Positions 28,271-46,976 are shown, counted from the first letter of the whole stretch. The stretch: DNA of 63,884 nt, filler included, from Ministeria vibrans ATCC 50519 (GCA_943704425.1; 5 parts of 5 records of this genome joined end to end with filler, not necessarily neighbours in it); one strand, 5' to 3'. Numbers and translations: made by a program. The notes: generated by a model not told the origin, from the letters alone.

Positions 28271-29433
28271 AGTGCCGAGTGGCTGTTCACTCCGGAGCTT
28301 GTGGACCAGGCCAAGCAGGTAGTTGTGTGTGTATGTGTGTCAATGCATGTGGCTCGTGACGGCGTGCGCCTCTGTGTTTCCAGATGCATTTGGCAAAAGT
28401 CAGTCGGGACGAATTGCAACAGTTTGACAATTTTCTGGTGGACGTTGTGGAAAAGATAGCGGCCGCCTTTGACGTTGGGAAGAGCAAGCGGGGTCTTCAT
28501 CGACGAGTAAGGTGCTTGTGGGCGCGAGCGAGCACGCAGCGCCTCTCAACGTCCTCTTTTTCTTCAGGTGATTTCGACAGCGATCGTCTACGTGAAACGA
28601 TTTTACCTTCGCAACGAATACTGCGGGACAGATCCGCTTCTCGTCTGCGTCACATCGCTCTACTTGGCCACCAAGGTATGCATGGTCTTTCTCGTCATTC
28701 GACAGCGTGATGCGGTGCTGACACTCTTTGGTGTGTGGTAGGTCGAAGAGTTTGGGCTGAGTCGCATTGAGAAGTTTAGTGATACGGTCAAATCAGTCAT
28801 GGCTTCACATTTCCCAAACATCCCATGTAAAATCAGTGCCGTGCAGATCCAACAGTGTGAGTTTTTTCTTCTTGAGGTATCCAAAAGACACACACACACA
28901 CAAAAAAAAAAAAAAAAACAAAACGGAACGACTCACATACGCACACACGCACACAGCAAATCAACAGTTCACTCGTCGTCTTCCACGCACACCGGTCGTT
29001 CAACGCCCTCACCGACGCAAGCACAGGGGACCTACTCCTTAGCGGCGTGTTCAACGAAGAACAACTCGCGTGGGTACGCAGGGTGGGCAGTGACATCTGC
29101 AACGACGCTCTGCGCACCGACCTGCCTCTCATCCACCCGCCGTTCGTCATTGCCTTGGGCGCCGCCTATCTTGCTGCTCTCATCAAGTCACAATCCGCTA
29201 AGGTTCACTGACACAACCAAAGACACATCACCTTCTATGATGCATACGCCTGACAATCACCCGTGTCTTGTTAGGGTTACATGGACAATATTGGGCCGTG
29301 GCTCGCGTCCCTCTCGGTTGATCTTCACGATATCATTTCAGTTGTCCATTCGTTGCTCAATCACTATTCTGCTCAAAAACTCTTTCAAAAGGAGTCTCTT
29401 CCAAACATTGCAAAACGATTGAGAGGGTTGTAA
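28130..29433 (+). CDS. CCNC: Cyclin C (CDK8 module)
   Basis: [74 protein letters not shown] and WLASLSVDL. Confidence 0.93.
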
Positions 29434-29497
29434 AGAAAAAAACAGAAACCAAAAAAAATGTAACTTTTATAACTTTGGATAACAAAAATAATAATGA

Positions 29498-29925
29498 TTA
29501 AACAATAGTGACAAATTGTAACGGATTGGCTCGTGTAGTGTCACGAGCCAATGGAATGAGCGACCGCACAACAAACTCAATCACATCTATAATCCATTTT
29601 TAGTCTTGTCCTCACGTTGTGTTGTTTTTCCTCTTTTTCAATTACCTTTTTTGGAGTCGTTTGAGCTGAAGAGATTTCTTGTTTTTGCGTCTCTTTTCAA
29701 GTCAAATACAATAAGACGAATCCAATCAAGACTCAATGCATCTAATGATGAGACACACAGACATGGGTGAGTAAGTGAGAGAGAGTAAGACACAAAAGTC
29801 AACTTCACTCGAGGGATGAAACTAATCGTTACAAAATCAATCCAACCTCACTGAAGATTCAACAAACTCACTCAATACGACCAACAATCTCTCTTTTTCT
29901 CTCTCTATCACTTTGTTTCTCTCTA

Positions 29926-30023
<98 letters not shown>

Positions 30024-30034
30024 GCACACGCACG

Positions 30035-30068
<34 letters not shown>

Positions 30069-30799
30069 TTCGATTGCGTACCCTTTTCAACGAGCAGTCT
30101 CAGTCGCGTGGGAGTCCCAATTGCAATCCGCACATTGGGTGTACTCGCAAGGTATTTCGCCTGTTCTCCCCATTTGAAGTGCTTCCCAAACAGTTTTGCC
30201 ACTGTGCTACTCTTGTGCGTCCGAAGTTCTCCCAATTCACTACATATATACAAATGGCATTCAAGACGAACCCCCCCAACGCGAACGACAACCCCATCCC
30301 AAATTGTGTACCGTGTAAGGTCTGTCGCGCGCACTGCCGCCCCTGTAATCACCAAAACAATTGGCTTGGCGCCCTCTTTCCCCTTCTTCGTTGATTTCTC
30401 TGCACTCAACACACTCGACCATCCCGGAAGCGCTAATTATTTTGTTACAATTACTCTAAATATTTTGTTGCATTTCTCTTTGTGTTTTACCTCCTTTGAT
30501 GACTTCTTCGAGTGTTCCTTCGGCACGGAGAGAAAAATCAGTGGCAGTGAGCGTCATGGACTCACGCTCAATGTCCGACAGAGTTGATCTATGTAATGCA
30601 TCATAATAAATTGGTAGCATTAGTGCAACGTCTTGTTTACATGTGTGTGCAACGCGAGTGATTTTACCCGAAGAACGACATGACCGCCGTGTTGACAACC
30701 TGCGACTGATGCTCTGGCAGAGCACTCTCCAGCATGGTGTCAAGCGAGACATCCGCATCCTTTCTCTTCGACTATAAAATTCATACATCTCAGTACACA

Positions 30800-30859
<60 letters not shown>

Positions 30860-31321
30860 ACACACACACACACTGACTTGTCTTCCTCACTTTGGACAAC
30901 TTCATCTTCCCCTTGCGCTTCTCTTTTCTTCTCTGGGCCACTTCGGGATCCACCTAATGCGTCTGTTAGCCGCCATCCGGCAGTGCGATTCGCCAAGAAC
31001 CGGCCAGTCCGAGACTGTCCATGCGGTCTCTGTCTCACTGTTACCTTGCGCTTCTTTGTCGCTCCCTCGCCGCCACTCTCGTCCTCGTCCGACCCATCTG
31101 CGTCGCGCACACCGGCGCCTCCAGCACCACTGGCACTGCCAGCATCGCTAGCATCGTCGTTGGTGTCCTCGCGTGCTCGTTTGCTCGACACGAGTGGTTC
31201 GTCCACTTGACGTACAATGGGGAAGAGCCAGACCCGTCAGTGCGTCGCATCTCACAGCCAATGCAACGATCAAATTCGCCTTACGATCAAACATATCATC
31301 GTCGTCAAGATTGTCCGCCAT
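29498..31321 (-). CDS. CMSS1: CMS1/CMSS1 90S pre-ribosome factor
   Basis: MADNLDDD start; [39 protein letters not shown] and [15 protein letters not shown]. Confidence 0.9.
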
Positions 31322-31438
31322 GGTGAGTGAGAGCGATTGAATAATAAGTATGAAAAGTATGAATCATGAATTCATGATCAATCTTTATTCCATCCTAAAA
31401 CGCCTTCCCACCTCAATCCACTGCCCTCCACTATTGCC

Positions 31439-36195
<4,757 letters not shown>

Positions 36196-36306
36196 TTCGC
36201 CGAAAAGATTTATTATTATTATTTTTTAAATTCTGTAACACCATTGAACGCGCACTATTATTATCATTTTTTTTGAACAAGGAATAGTGTATTTGGAAAA
36301 GAATGC

Positions 36307-37350
36307 TTAAGCGTTGAGCTGGCGACGGTTGGCCTCCTTGCGGCGGACACGCTCGAGGTGCTTCTTGCTCTGCTTGGCCTTGGCGCCCTCGGAGTCGTCG
36401 ATGGGGGCGGCGACGGAGGACTCGTCCTCGACGCAGATGACCTCAATGTGGCACGGGTGCGACTCGTAGGCGTTGATGCGACCGTGCGCACGGTAGGTGC
36501 GTCGTCGCATAGTCGGTGCTCGGTTCACGGCGATGTGCTTGATCTTCATGTGCTCAACCGTGAGGTTCTTGTTGGCAGCGCTCGCCTTGACGTTCTTGAG
36601 AAGGCTCGACAGGAAGTCGCAGCTCTTTGCGGGCCAGCGACCCAGCGATCCGCTCGTGTTGAACTCCTTAGCCTGAGCCTTGCGGGACAGACCTCCGACG
36701 TGGCGGCGGAACGGGATGATGCGCTTCTGAGCCTTGACGTCACCGAGGTAACGGATGGCCTTAAGCAGGTTCTACACGCAGACACAAGACAAAAACCAAA
36801 CGTATGAGCCACATGATCGCCACTTCTCACTGTATCGCAGTGCAGAGGTGCCACTCTAGCCAACGCTAACATACACACACACACACACATCCATGTTGGA
36901 GTGGAGACGAAATTTGAGACAACTTTCCAATGTGAAATGGATCAAAAAAAAGAATCCATGACAGATTCATCAAGAGAGCAAAAGGGCTTGTGGGCGACAG
37001 AAAGTGAGGAACGAGTTCGCAGGGTGTCGACAGGTAGGAAGAGCGAAGAGATTGACAGGGCATGGGAGGAGAGAGAGAAACAGAACAAAAAAAAAAAAAA
37101 AAGATGGTACCAGTCCACGGACAGCAGCAGCAGTCTCGCGCATGTTCTTGTAGTGGGTACGCAGGTGCATGGCACGGCCCTTGCATTCCTGCAGAAGAGG
37201 GGGGCGTCGGAGGAAGAGGGAGAGAGAGAGAGAGAGGAGAGAGGAGAGAGGAAAGAGGAAAGAGGAGAGAGACGAGGTGAGCATTGCAAGAGCGTAATGT
37301 CTGTGAATGGATACCTTAGCGTCTGTGCTTTCAACCGAGTAGCGACCCAT
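36307..37350 (-). CDS. RPL17: 60S ribosomal protein L17 (uL22), 3 coding exons
   Basis: MGRYS...CKGRAMHLRTHYKNMRETAAAV, IPFRRHVGG, GRWPAKS and MRRRTYRAHGRINAYESHPCHIE. A probable 5'UTR intron spans about 37356-37888. Confidence 0.98.
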
Positions 37351-37569
37351 GGTACCTGGAGAGACAAGACAGCGGGTGAGCGACGCCATGGCGCATCAGG
37401 GCCCCTTTGGACTTGGCCAGAGCGACGCGAAAAAGTTGAAATCAGAACACGAGGGACTGGGAAAAAACAAGGGCGTCCAGGGGGGGGCGCAGAGGCACCC
37501 GAAACATGTGCAGCACCCACCCACAAGGCAGGGCAGGCACGAGACACCGCATTTCATTTTTCAGTCGTG

Positions 37570-37607
<38 letters not shown>

Positions 37608-37794
37608 TTCTTTTTTGTGTGTGGTGTGTCTGCTGCTGAATAGGCGCAGTAGAGCGTCACGCGGCACGACAAACCCCCAGGGGCACTGGCACGACACCCG
37701 TGTGCTGCAGAGCCAGGCGGGGTAGCGGCTGGAGAGCGCACGCGAAGGGGACACTTTCCGACTTGGCCAGCACACGCAACGGCGGGCGTCCGCT

Positions 37795-37843
<49 letters not shown>

Positions 37844-38104
37844 CCCCACTTGCACAGCGCACCCTCCAACATGGATAGTGCAACGTACCTTGCTAGAGAT
37901 GCCAATAAAAAAGATCGAACCAAAAATTTCGGTTTTCACTATCTGATTGATCGCAATCAAATGATCACCACTGGAAACTCCCTGGTCGGCATAGTTGCGA
38001 TTTGGGCATTGTTTTTGGTAGTACTTTGGCCTACACCCCCTCGGCAACGTCGTGCGTGCGTCCAGCTTGGGCTTGCTTTGATTGTTGCGTCTGGTGTGTG
38101 CGCC

Positions 38105-41100
38105 ATGTCGTCGTCAAGCCTCAACTCGGCGCTGGCGTCGCTGGACCGCTCTCTCGTGCACGACTTTCACAAGATTCCGCACATTGATGGCCACTTCAAG
38201 AACATTGCGCCCATCTTCAACCCGGAAAACTCCGAATACGACCAGGTACAATATCCTGTTTGTTCTCGTTTGTCCTTTGTTGACCGCAAAGACGCACAGC
38301 CACTCCGACCAATGCGCGGTGGTGGAGCGGTGTATGGGTGTACCTCTGGCGGGGTGACGCCGGGGACGGGCTGCGTGGCGGCCGTTTGTGGCTGGGAAGG
38401 GAACTTCCCGTTGTTTGGCACTGACCAACTCCGTTTTATGTATTATTTGCCCAACCCAAAACGCCATGCGGTGTCACTCTCCGCCCCTACACGCAGATAT
38501 GCGTCACAGAGCGTGTGTGCGCCGTCTGCTCTCGCCCGTCAAAATAGTCTACTTCTTCACTTGTTCGTATCTGACTGACACCTTAAATGTGTAGGCGCTT
38601 CTGCTGCTTGCACTGCCCGCCGTCATTGTGGGCTCCCTTATCTTTTTGGGTCTCATCACGTACTACATAGCACGGTGTGCCTGTGCCAAAGCCACTCCGC
38701 CTCCCATCACGAAGCCACCAGTGGTAATGCGGCAGCCAAGAGCATACTCCCCCTCAACCGTCCCCTCCTGACCGACTCAACTTTGTTTTTTACTTTTGTC
38801 TTTTCATTTTAGTGTGTTGTCTGCTGGGCGGTGATTCTTGTGATTCTCTCTCTCATCATGGGGATACTGTGCATTATGGGGAGTATACGTACCACCAATG
38901 GGCTCAATCTGGTCGACCAGGACCTTTCGAGTCTGGGCACGTTTGACTCGGGGGCCATCGCAGGCTTTGGTCTTCTGCAGTACTTTTCGGCCGAAGGCGG
39001 ACAAAATGTGTCGACAATGCAAGCCAAGTTTGGCACGGGTGCGCCTACTAACATCCAAGAGGCATACCTGTCGCTGCAGACGTCTTTTGACGAGATTAGC
39101 AGCGAGTCGAGTGCTCAGGTCATTTCCATCGAAGAGTCACCCTTCAACTTTAACGCAGTCGTGCACGACATTAACGAGTTTAACAGGTGCGACTTATCAG
39201 AACACGCAAAAAACAATAAGAAACAAAGAGAGTTCAAGAGAGAGAGTTCAAGAGAGAGAGTTCAAGAGAGAGAGAGAGAGAGTTCAAGAGAGAGAGAGAG
39301 AGTTCAAGAGAGAGAGAGAGAGAGAGAGAGAGTTCAAGAGAGAGAGAGAGAGAAACAAAGTGATAGAGAGAGAGAGAGGAGGGAGAAAGAAACAAAGTGA
39401 TAGAGAGAGAGAGAGAAAGGAGGTTGAAAAAAAACAAAGTGATAGAGAGAGAGAAAGGAGGGAGAAAGAAACAAAGTGATAGAGAGGAGGAAGAAAGTAA
39501 CAAGGTGTGATAGAGAGAAGGAAAGATATATTCTATTTTCAATTATCAAAGTTGTAAACCTTTCTTTTCTGATGTTTTCTTTATTTTTGTAGTTGGCGGG
39601 AGATTATCACTTTGGTTGTGTTTGGGTTCTTTACTGTGGTGGCTCTTATTGCGTTTCTTTCCATTGTGTGCAAAAATGACATATTGGGTCTAATGTAAGG
39701 AATCCAATCTTGAGTGCACAGTCTGACACTGTCTGTATATACCATGTGCTTTTCATGTTCATTGACTACTAATTATAGAGTATGTGCCTTTGGAGTGATT
39801 CTCATTTTTCTTGCCTGGTTTCTCTGTGGCGTGCATCTGTCTGCGGCAGTTGCCATTGCGGATCTCTGTGCCCAGCCCAATGCAAGTGTGTCGGCCATTG
39901 TGCAGAGCTGGAACGACAAACACGCCGACTCACGCAGTACGTATCCACTCAACACACAACAAAATTATATTAATAATAATAATGATAATAGTAATCATAT
40001 TAATCATAATAATAAAAATAATAATAGTAACAATAATAATAATAGTAATAATAATAATAGTTATTACAATAATAATCACAAAATTTCTTATTATTATTAA
40101 AATTTTTGTTTCTCGCTCACATTTTATGTCTCTCACCTTGCTCTTCTTTTTTGTGTAGCTGCTTTGTCTCAATCAGATGTCAATTATTATTTGTACTGTG
40201 ACGGCGAAACACCCTACGCGCCGGACTTTGACAAATTCTCACAGGCACTGCTGAACGTTCACAATAGCAGTAATGTGTTGCGCGCGTACTATGCGGGACA
40301 GCCTGAGCCTCTGGTACGCACGACACTAATTGTTTCTCTGTTTTTTTTTTTTTTTTTTTTTCAGTCGTTGTACTTATTCTTACATTGTGCAGTATTATTT
40401 GGATGCGTGTGATGTGTCTGCAGCCAACACTCAGCTGGCACTGACACAGACGGAGGAGACAGTCAATTGCACCCTTACCAGTGCATCCTTTTTCAACGCA
40501 CTCCACAATGCATGTGGGGCCCCAATGTACACACTGATTCATGTGTCGTTCATTCACTCCTCACTGACCCATTCTCCTCCTGCTTCTTCTTGTAGGGACT
40601 CAACGGTGCTGATCTTCATATGCAGTGCCTTTTTTGGCCTCTTCTTCCTCATTGCACAGTGTCTCTTCAACACTCTCACTGCCTACTACCAGAAGGACTC
40701 CAAGCGCTTCTGGCTGCGTGGCGTCGACCCCAAGACGCAAATGGCCCTCTTGCACGTCGAGGGCATGCCCGACGAGCCTGCAGCGGACGAGAGCGAGCCA
40801 CCCGGCATGTACTACCGTCGTCAGCAGGATGCCATGGACACCATTAACGGCACACACACCCGTCCCGTCAGTAGCACCAGTCAGCGTCGTTATGTTCCTC
40901 TTCCCGAAGAAGACTCGTACCGACCACCAACGCTCCCTGAGCAATCTCAAAAACAGCAACAAGAGCAATCTCAAGAACAAGAACAATACGAACAACGACA
41001 AGGGCATCAGCAAGCACGCATGCAGCAGCAGCAACCACATTACGAGAGCATCTACTACGAGCCCAATCGCAACACCCTCGCCAGCGCACCGCCCTCTTCC

Positions 41101-41301
41101 TCGTCCACCTACGACACACACACGCGTGCCCCTGCGCCCACTCCCTCCTTCTCAGCCGACCCTGCTGCTCCCTACGCCACGCCCGGACAAAACCCCTTTA
41201 CCGACCCTGCTGCTTCCTACACCGCTCCCCGACAGAACCCCTTTACTTCCTATCCCTCCTCCTCCACCACCACCTACAACACCAACACATCCTATTCCTA
41301 G
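38105..41301 (+). CDS. TTYH: Tweety homolog (TTYH)
   Basis: FHKIPHIDGHF...FNPENSEYDQALLLL, five TM segments, WFLCGVHLSAAVAIADLCAQP, YYLYC and VNC...NALHNAC. Confidence 0.88.
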
Positions 41302-41464
41302 TCCATACATACACCCATTTTTCTTTCTTTCTTTCTCTCTTTCTTTTTTTTTCTTTCTTTCTTTTGCTTATTTTGAATTGTATACATACTCAATGAGAGG
41401 GAGAAGGGGAGGGTGACGGGCGCTAGCGCCTTTTTTTTTTTTTTTTTTTTTTTTTTGGTTGTTG

Positions 41465-42460
41465 TTAAAAGACAGCGAGGAGGGCAAAGACGCCATAGAT
41501 GATGGCACACGGGTAGGCGACGAGGGTGAGCGAGTCGCGCATGGACAGCACCGTCACAAACATTTTAGAGGCGGAAGCGGTGCACCAGGCCATGCTGGCG
41601 AGCGCAAGGTACATACCAATGAAGCCTTGAAGGGAGAGGAGCATGGAGAAGACACTGAGAAGCACCATGGGAAGGAGACAGTAACCGAGAATGGAGACGG
41701 TCTGCGCCAGCGACAGTGACACGTCGCTCATCAAATTAATCAGGAGGTACATTGAAAGACAGCCCAGAACGCCCACACCGTAAATGTAGCCAAAGTGGAC
41801 TTTGCCCGACTGAAAGGAGGGAAAGACGCAATCGTGTAAGTTGGAGTAAGTTCGATCAAACTCTCAATATGTTCGCTCGCTCGTACAAAGAGAAGAAAGC
41901 CACCAAACAGGAGACAGAATACAAGGGGGCCGGCCAAGTCAGTATCGTCCATGATGTGTTGGTCGTTGAGTTTGATGGGATTCAACACACTAATCGTCTG
42001 CAAACGGCTCATGAGCTTTGCTATGGGTTCCCTGGAGGCCCTACCTTGTGGCTGATGTGTCTAAAGTTGATGCCGAGTTCTACAGAAACAGACCAAATCA
42101 TATTGTAAGGGGCCAGCAGAGAACAAGACGCTGTGAGACTGCAGAAAATCTCCTTTCAAAATTTCAAACTGGCAAAAACACGACAAGTTATACAACACGC
42201 CAAAAAAAAAAAAAAAATGCCACGCAGTCGTTAGGGTGACCTTCAAGAAGGGGCGGCTCATCGTCGTAGTTCTCAGGGACGTTGGCGTCGCCGGCGGCGC
42301 CCCCACTCTGCATCATGCCCATCAACATGGCGTTGTAGTCGAGCGAAGAGGTGTTGGACGGGCTGTGGCGCGCCACGCTCGCCGGGGGCGCCGCCGGCGT
42401 CGGCTCGCCGTAGTTTGACGGAAGAAAGGCAAGTCCGTCGCCAATGGGGACTCGAGCCAT
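41465..42460 (-). CDS. YIPF5: Yip1 family ER-Golgi trafficking protein (YIPF5/7)
   Basis: [58 protein letters not shown] and LVAYPC. Confidence 0.95.
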
Positions 42461-43554
42461 GTAAAAAATACAAACAAACAAAAAAAAAAATAGAGAACTT
42501 TTTTCGCTTAATGGCATTTTGATTTTTGAAGGTTGCTTAAAAGTATTCGCGCGCGAATGTGAGTGACTCTGACTCATACGGCATTAGGCATACGCGAGTT
42601 AGCACTTACTCAACTTAGCGAGTGAATAGTGATAGAGTGTCGAGTGATACCTCAGTCACGACTCACGATTCACCATCTCAGTAGTCTAAATTTGACACGC
42701 GGGCACACACACGTTCAACACAAATTTCGTCAAACTATTATATCTCCTATAAAAATTACTAGCATTCATCAACTTGTGAGTTGTGGGTCTATGGACTGCC
42801 TATGCGTGCTTATTTTTGGCGTGAGTCAATGTGATCGTCATTATTTTTTTGGTTTGTCTAAATCTTATAATAATCGACAATGTAATAAATTTAATATTAT
42901 AATTGAAATGATAAAAATATTACATGCACCCTTTATTTTTATCGCCCGTACAGTATATAAACATATAAATGTATATGATTCGATGGTTTGCGTGGCAGTT
43001 TTATATTTATTCTGGCGATTCCTTTCTCCACACGGACTTTTTTTTTTTTTTTTTACGGAATTAGAAATTCAGATTTTTCTTTTACACACGCCCCTGCTTC
43101 AGCGCGTTATCTGAGAGCCACGGCGTTTTCATAAACGTATTCGCAACAATTGTCTCTTTGCTTTTGTGCGGTCGCAACCCAGGTATGTGCTGGTTGACGT
43201 TGGGGTTGATAGCGTGATAGAAAAAAGGAAAACGAAGCCAAAAGAGAGTATGGCGATTGTGCCAAACGGGGCGTGTACAGCACATTTCATTCGCAGTAGG
43301 GCGTTACGGGGTAATTGGTACATATGTTGCAGCGGGTCGTATGGTCTGTCGTGCACCTTTCGCAAAGCGGGTGGGGAGTTTTTTTTTGCGACTGACAAAT
43401 GAGAGAAAACGACCACCGTGCCATGCTTTCCACGCCGTCTCTGGCGACGCACTTCGCGGGAATCGTGTCAAGTCACCCTCTATTCTGGGTTCGCTTTGAG
43501 ACATTCGTTATCGACCGTTCAGCAATTATTTTTGGCGGTCATGCCACTGAGACC

Positions 43555-43593
<39 letters not shown>

Positions 43594-43693
43594 NNNNNNN
43601 NNNNNNNNNNNNNNNNNNNNNNNNNNNNNNNNNNNNNTTAATTAATTAANNNNNNNNNNNNNNNNNNNNNNNNNNNNNNNNNNNNNNNNNNNN
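43594..43693. other. Artificial contig linker
   Basis: N44-TTAATTAATTAA-N44. Confidence 0.97.
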
Positions 43694-44266
43694 AAGAAAA
43701 AAAAAAAAAAAAAAAAAAAAAACACGGTGCTTGTTTTTAAGGTCTTGACTCACTCGGCGGAAGGACAAGACCTTCCCGTCCCACTCACGCGATTCCACCC
43801 CCCATTTTTGCACGGTCTATACCAGTGCGACTGGACCATACAGCCCAATGTAAGCTGTGAGGAAACTGTAACACGTTCAAAAAAAAAAAGCGCTACACAG
43901 CTTCGTCGTGTGAAAAGCGGGAATGGAAAGCGAATCTGACTTTGAAAATGGCCCCATTAGTACTGTCATGAAACAATCCTACACATGGAACTGACCATGC
44001 GTGGGCTGAACGATAGTGCGAGAATAGGAACAATTTTGGGAATGCCACAAAAGAGCAAAGGGGAAGGAGCGTGCGTCCGAAAGAGCGTGTGGGCACGGAG
44101 TAGAGGCTCTGGGTCGAGTGCGCGAGAGGAAGACTGGCGAGATCGCAAGGGCGAGAGCGTTTGTTGGGCGGGTGGGACTTAGTCACCAAAAGGTAAAAAA
44201 ATCGCAACGGCAGACACTCTGGTGCCTTCAACAGCGCAAAGATACTGCCACCCCCAAGGGACTCAC

Positions 44267-44538
44267 CTTATTGTCGACACCTGGTCGTTTTCGGATCAGT
44301 TCGCGACGCGCAAGTTTAGAAAAGATCATATAAGCATTCATGGGTCGCTTAATAGCGCCACTCGTGTCGCCATTTGCTGCATCTAAAGGTCTGTGCAGAG
44401 ATGGGCACGAGAGGTTTGCGTGAGACTCGTTGTTTCGAGGTGTGAAGATTTTATATACTCTTCAATGATCTTCTTGATTTGCTCGTCGCTCCCCACCGTC
44501 CACAAGAAGCTGTGGCGTTGGGCAACTGGGGTACTCAT
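44267..44538 (-). CDS. HMG-box transcription factor (Sox/TCF/Capicua/HBP1 class), 5' part only
   Basis: Two spliced exons give MSTPVAQRHSFLWTVGSDEQIKKIIEE-PLDAANGDTSGAIKRPMNAYMIFSKLARRELIRKRPGVDNK, followed by a GTGAGT donor at 44266. The remainder was not found before the contig end. Confidence 0.82.
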
Positions 44539-45055
44539 TGAAGTGGGAGAGGGCCGAAGGACAGAATAAAACTGATTCAAATGACTGACTGAGTGAGACT
44601 GACTGGATTTGTCTTTTGCGGTGTGTGACGTGAAGCCCGAGGGTGCGAGGTTTGGAAATTCTGCCTAATTCTGCCTGAGGAGTGGGTGGAGACCACGAGT
44701 GACGGCCAGGGTCTCACGAGTCACGACGACTCGACGACTGAGTGTCACGACTCACGTGACACGTCTTGCTGGGTTTGCGGACTCTAGCTGGCGGGTGGGC
44801 GGGCAGGCCGGCTGAATTCATGGTGAACTGTACCCTTTCTACTCAGTCTACTCGCTCTACTCGCTCTACTCACGTTACTCACGCTACTCACACTACACCC
44901 TCTACTTACCCTACTAAATACTAATAACTGATTCAGGTCCACTCCGAGTTGGCGAGTTCTCTCTCACGCTTTAGAGCAGTGTAGTTATCTCAATAACCTC
45001 GTAAATATATTGAATATTCCAAACGCTATAACACTAATTTCCGAGACCTCGCTTG

Positions 45056-46020
45056 ATGAATAGAAAACGACAAAAGGGCTATTCGCTGGTGGCGCTGGTC
45101 GAGGATGATGGCGACCTGGACGATCCGCGTCAGCAAGTGGAGATGACCGTCTTTGACGAGACTATTGATCTTGATCGTGGCGGTAAGCCCTGCGCGCGTG
45201 CATCTCCTGGCGTGTGCTGGCTGTATGTATCTCGTTGGCGGACGCTTCTTCGGCCTTGTAAATGGCAGTTTGAACGGGCGGTGTTTTGTGTGAGTGCCAC
45301 CACACAGATCTTTTGACGGACCTCCTGTTGCGTGTGGGCGCTCGCATGTCGACGCGACTGCCTCAAGACTGACATAACGTATGGCTACTGTTCGTTGGCA
45401 GGGAAAAGAAAGCGGCTCGGGGGCTCTAGTGGCGGATCTGACGAGGAGGAGAGCGACGCGGACGCAGCCGACGCACCAACGGGCATTGTGCTGTCTACGG
45501 CCGCCCCCGAAGAGACGCTGCCGGTGACGGTGCTGCAGGTCGTATTTGCACTGCTTATGGCCGGTGCAGGGCTCGTTTGCGCCGGTATTTGGCTTGATCG
45601 TGCTCAGGTAAGAGAAGGAAGAGAAGAAGGGAGAGCGTCACCTTTCATGTTTCATTATTCATTGTAGCATTGGAGTGTGTATCAGAATGTGAAGGAGCTT
45701 CTCATTTTGTACCCAGCACTAATGGGACTCAAAGGCAACCTTGAAATGACGCTGAGCGGTCGTCTTTCTACGGCAGCAAACCTCGGTATCACAAAGGAAA
45801 TGTCGAGAGACGGAGGTCAAACAGAGTTTGTATGTTTCACAGGGCAAATCGACAGCAACTCAGCGGCACTACGACTGAGCATCAGCAACCTGTGCGTCAT
45901 GCAAGTACAAGCAATTGTAGTGGGTGCTTTTGCTGCCCTCTTCTCTGTCGTGGTGGGCGCCATCGCCAAAGAGCCCCTCAACTGGTCCAAAATCAGGTCA
46001 CATGAGAAAGAAACAAAGCA

Positions 46021-46119
<99 letters not shown>

Positions 46120-46931
46120 GGAGAAAGAAACAAAGTAATAGAGAGAGAAAGGAGAAGAAACAAAGCAATAGAGGAAGAAAGAATTATTAACTATTTATGC
46201 GTCGTGTTATCTTGTCTCATATTAGGCTTTTGATTGGTTCATCGGTTGCCACTGCTTCCACTGCCAGTCTTCTTCTTGGAAGGTAAAAGCAATTGCTGTC
46301 AAAAGAAATAGATTGATTGAATGATGCACGGCGTGAAATTTTTTTACAAAAATAATTATGTTTATAGTTTCATGTGTGGTCTGATTGTCGTGTCCCGCCG
46401 TCTTCGGTGCAATCCCGACAACTTTGGCACTCCCATTGCGGCGTCACTCTCTGATCTTATTACGTTGGTTTTTCTCTCATATATTTCTCAGGTTTGGATC
46501 CACATCTTCTCTCTCTTTGTGAATTTGTACCGAGTTTTTTTCTTATTATTGACTATTTTTTCTTTCTCGTTGTCTGTTTTTCTCATTTCTGGCCGTGTGT
46601 GTCTTAGGCTCTTTTTGATGCCAATTCCTCGTGGTTTACTCCTCTTATGCTGATCTTCTTTGCCTCTTTGATTCCTATCTGTGTTTACATTTCTATGCGC
46701 GACGAACGTTCAAGAGAAGTCGTAAGCCAACAAAAAAGCATACAAAGAAACAAATCATTTTCTTACTTACTGCATCACTGTCGCTGTTGCATTTAGCTAC
46801 GGTCTGGTTGGATTCCAATCTTTCTGAGTATGATACTAAGTAGCTTTGGTGGATTTATCCTTGAGCGTCAGGTGGATTGTTATCCGGGAATGGCCGCACT
46901 GCAGCCTGTCCTCTGTGGTATGTGTCTAACT

Positions 46932-46976
<45 letters not shown>

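Noticed and set aside
36773-37888. Intronic snoRNAs in RPL17
   Set aside because: One TGATGA-like word was seen, but no paired D box/terminal stem or H/ACA pattern could be supported by eye.
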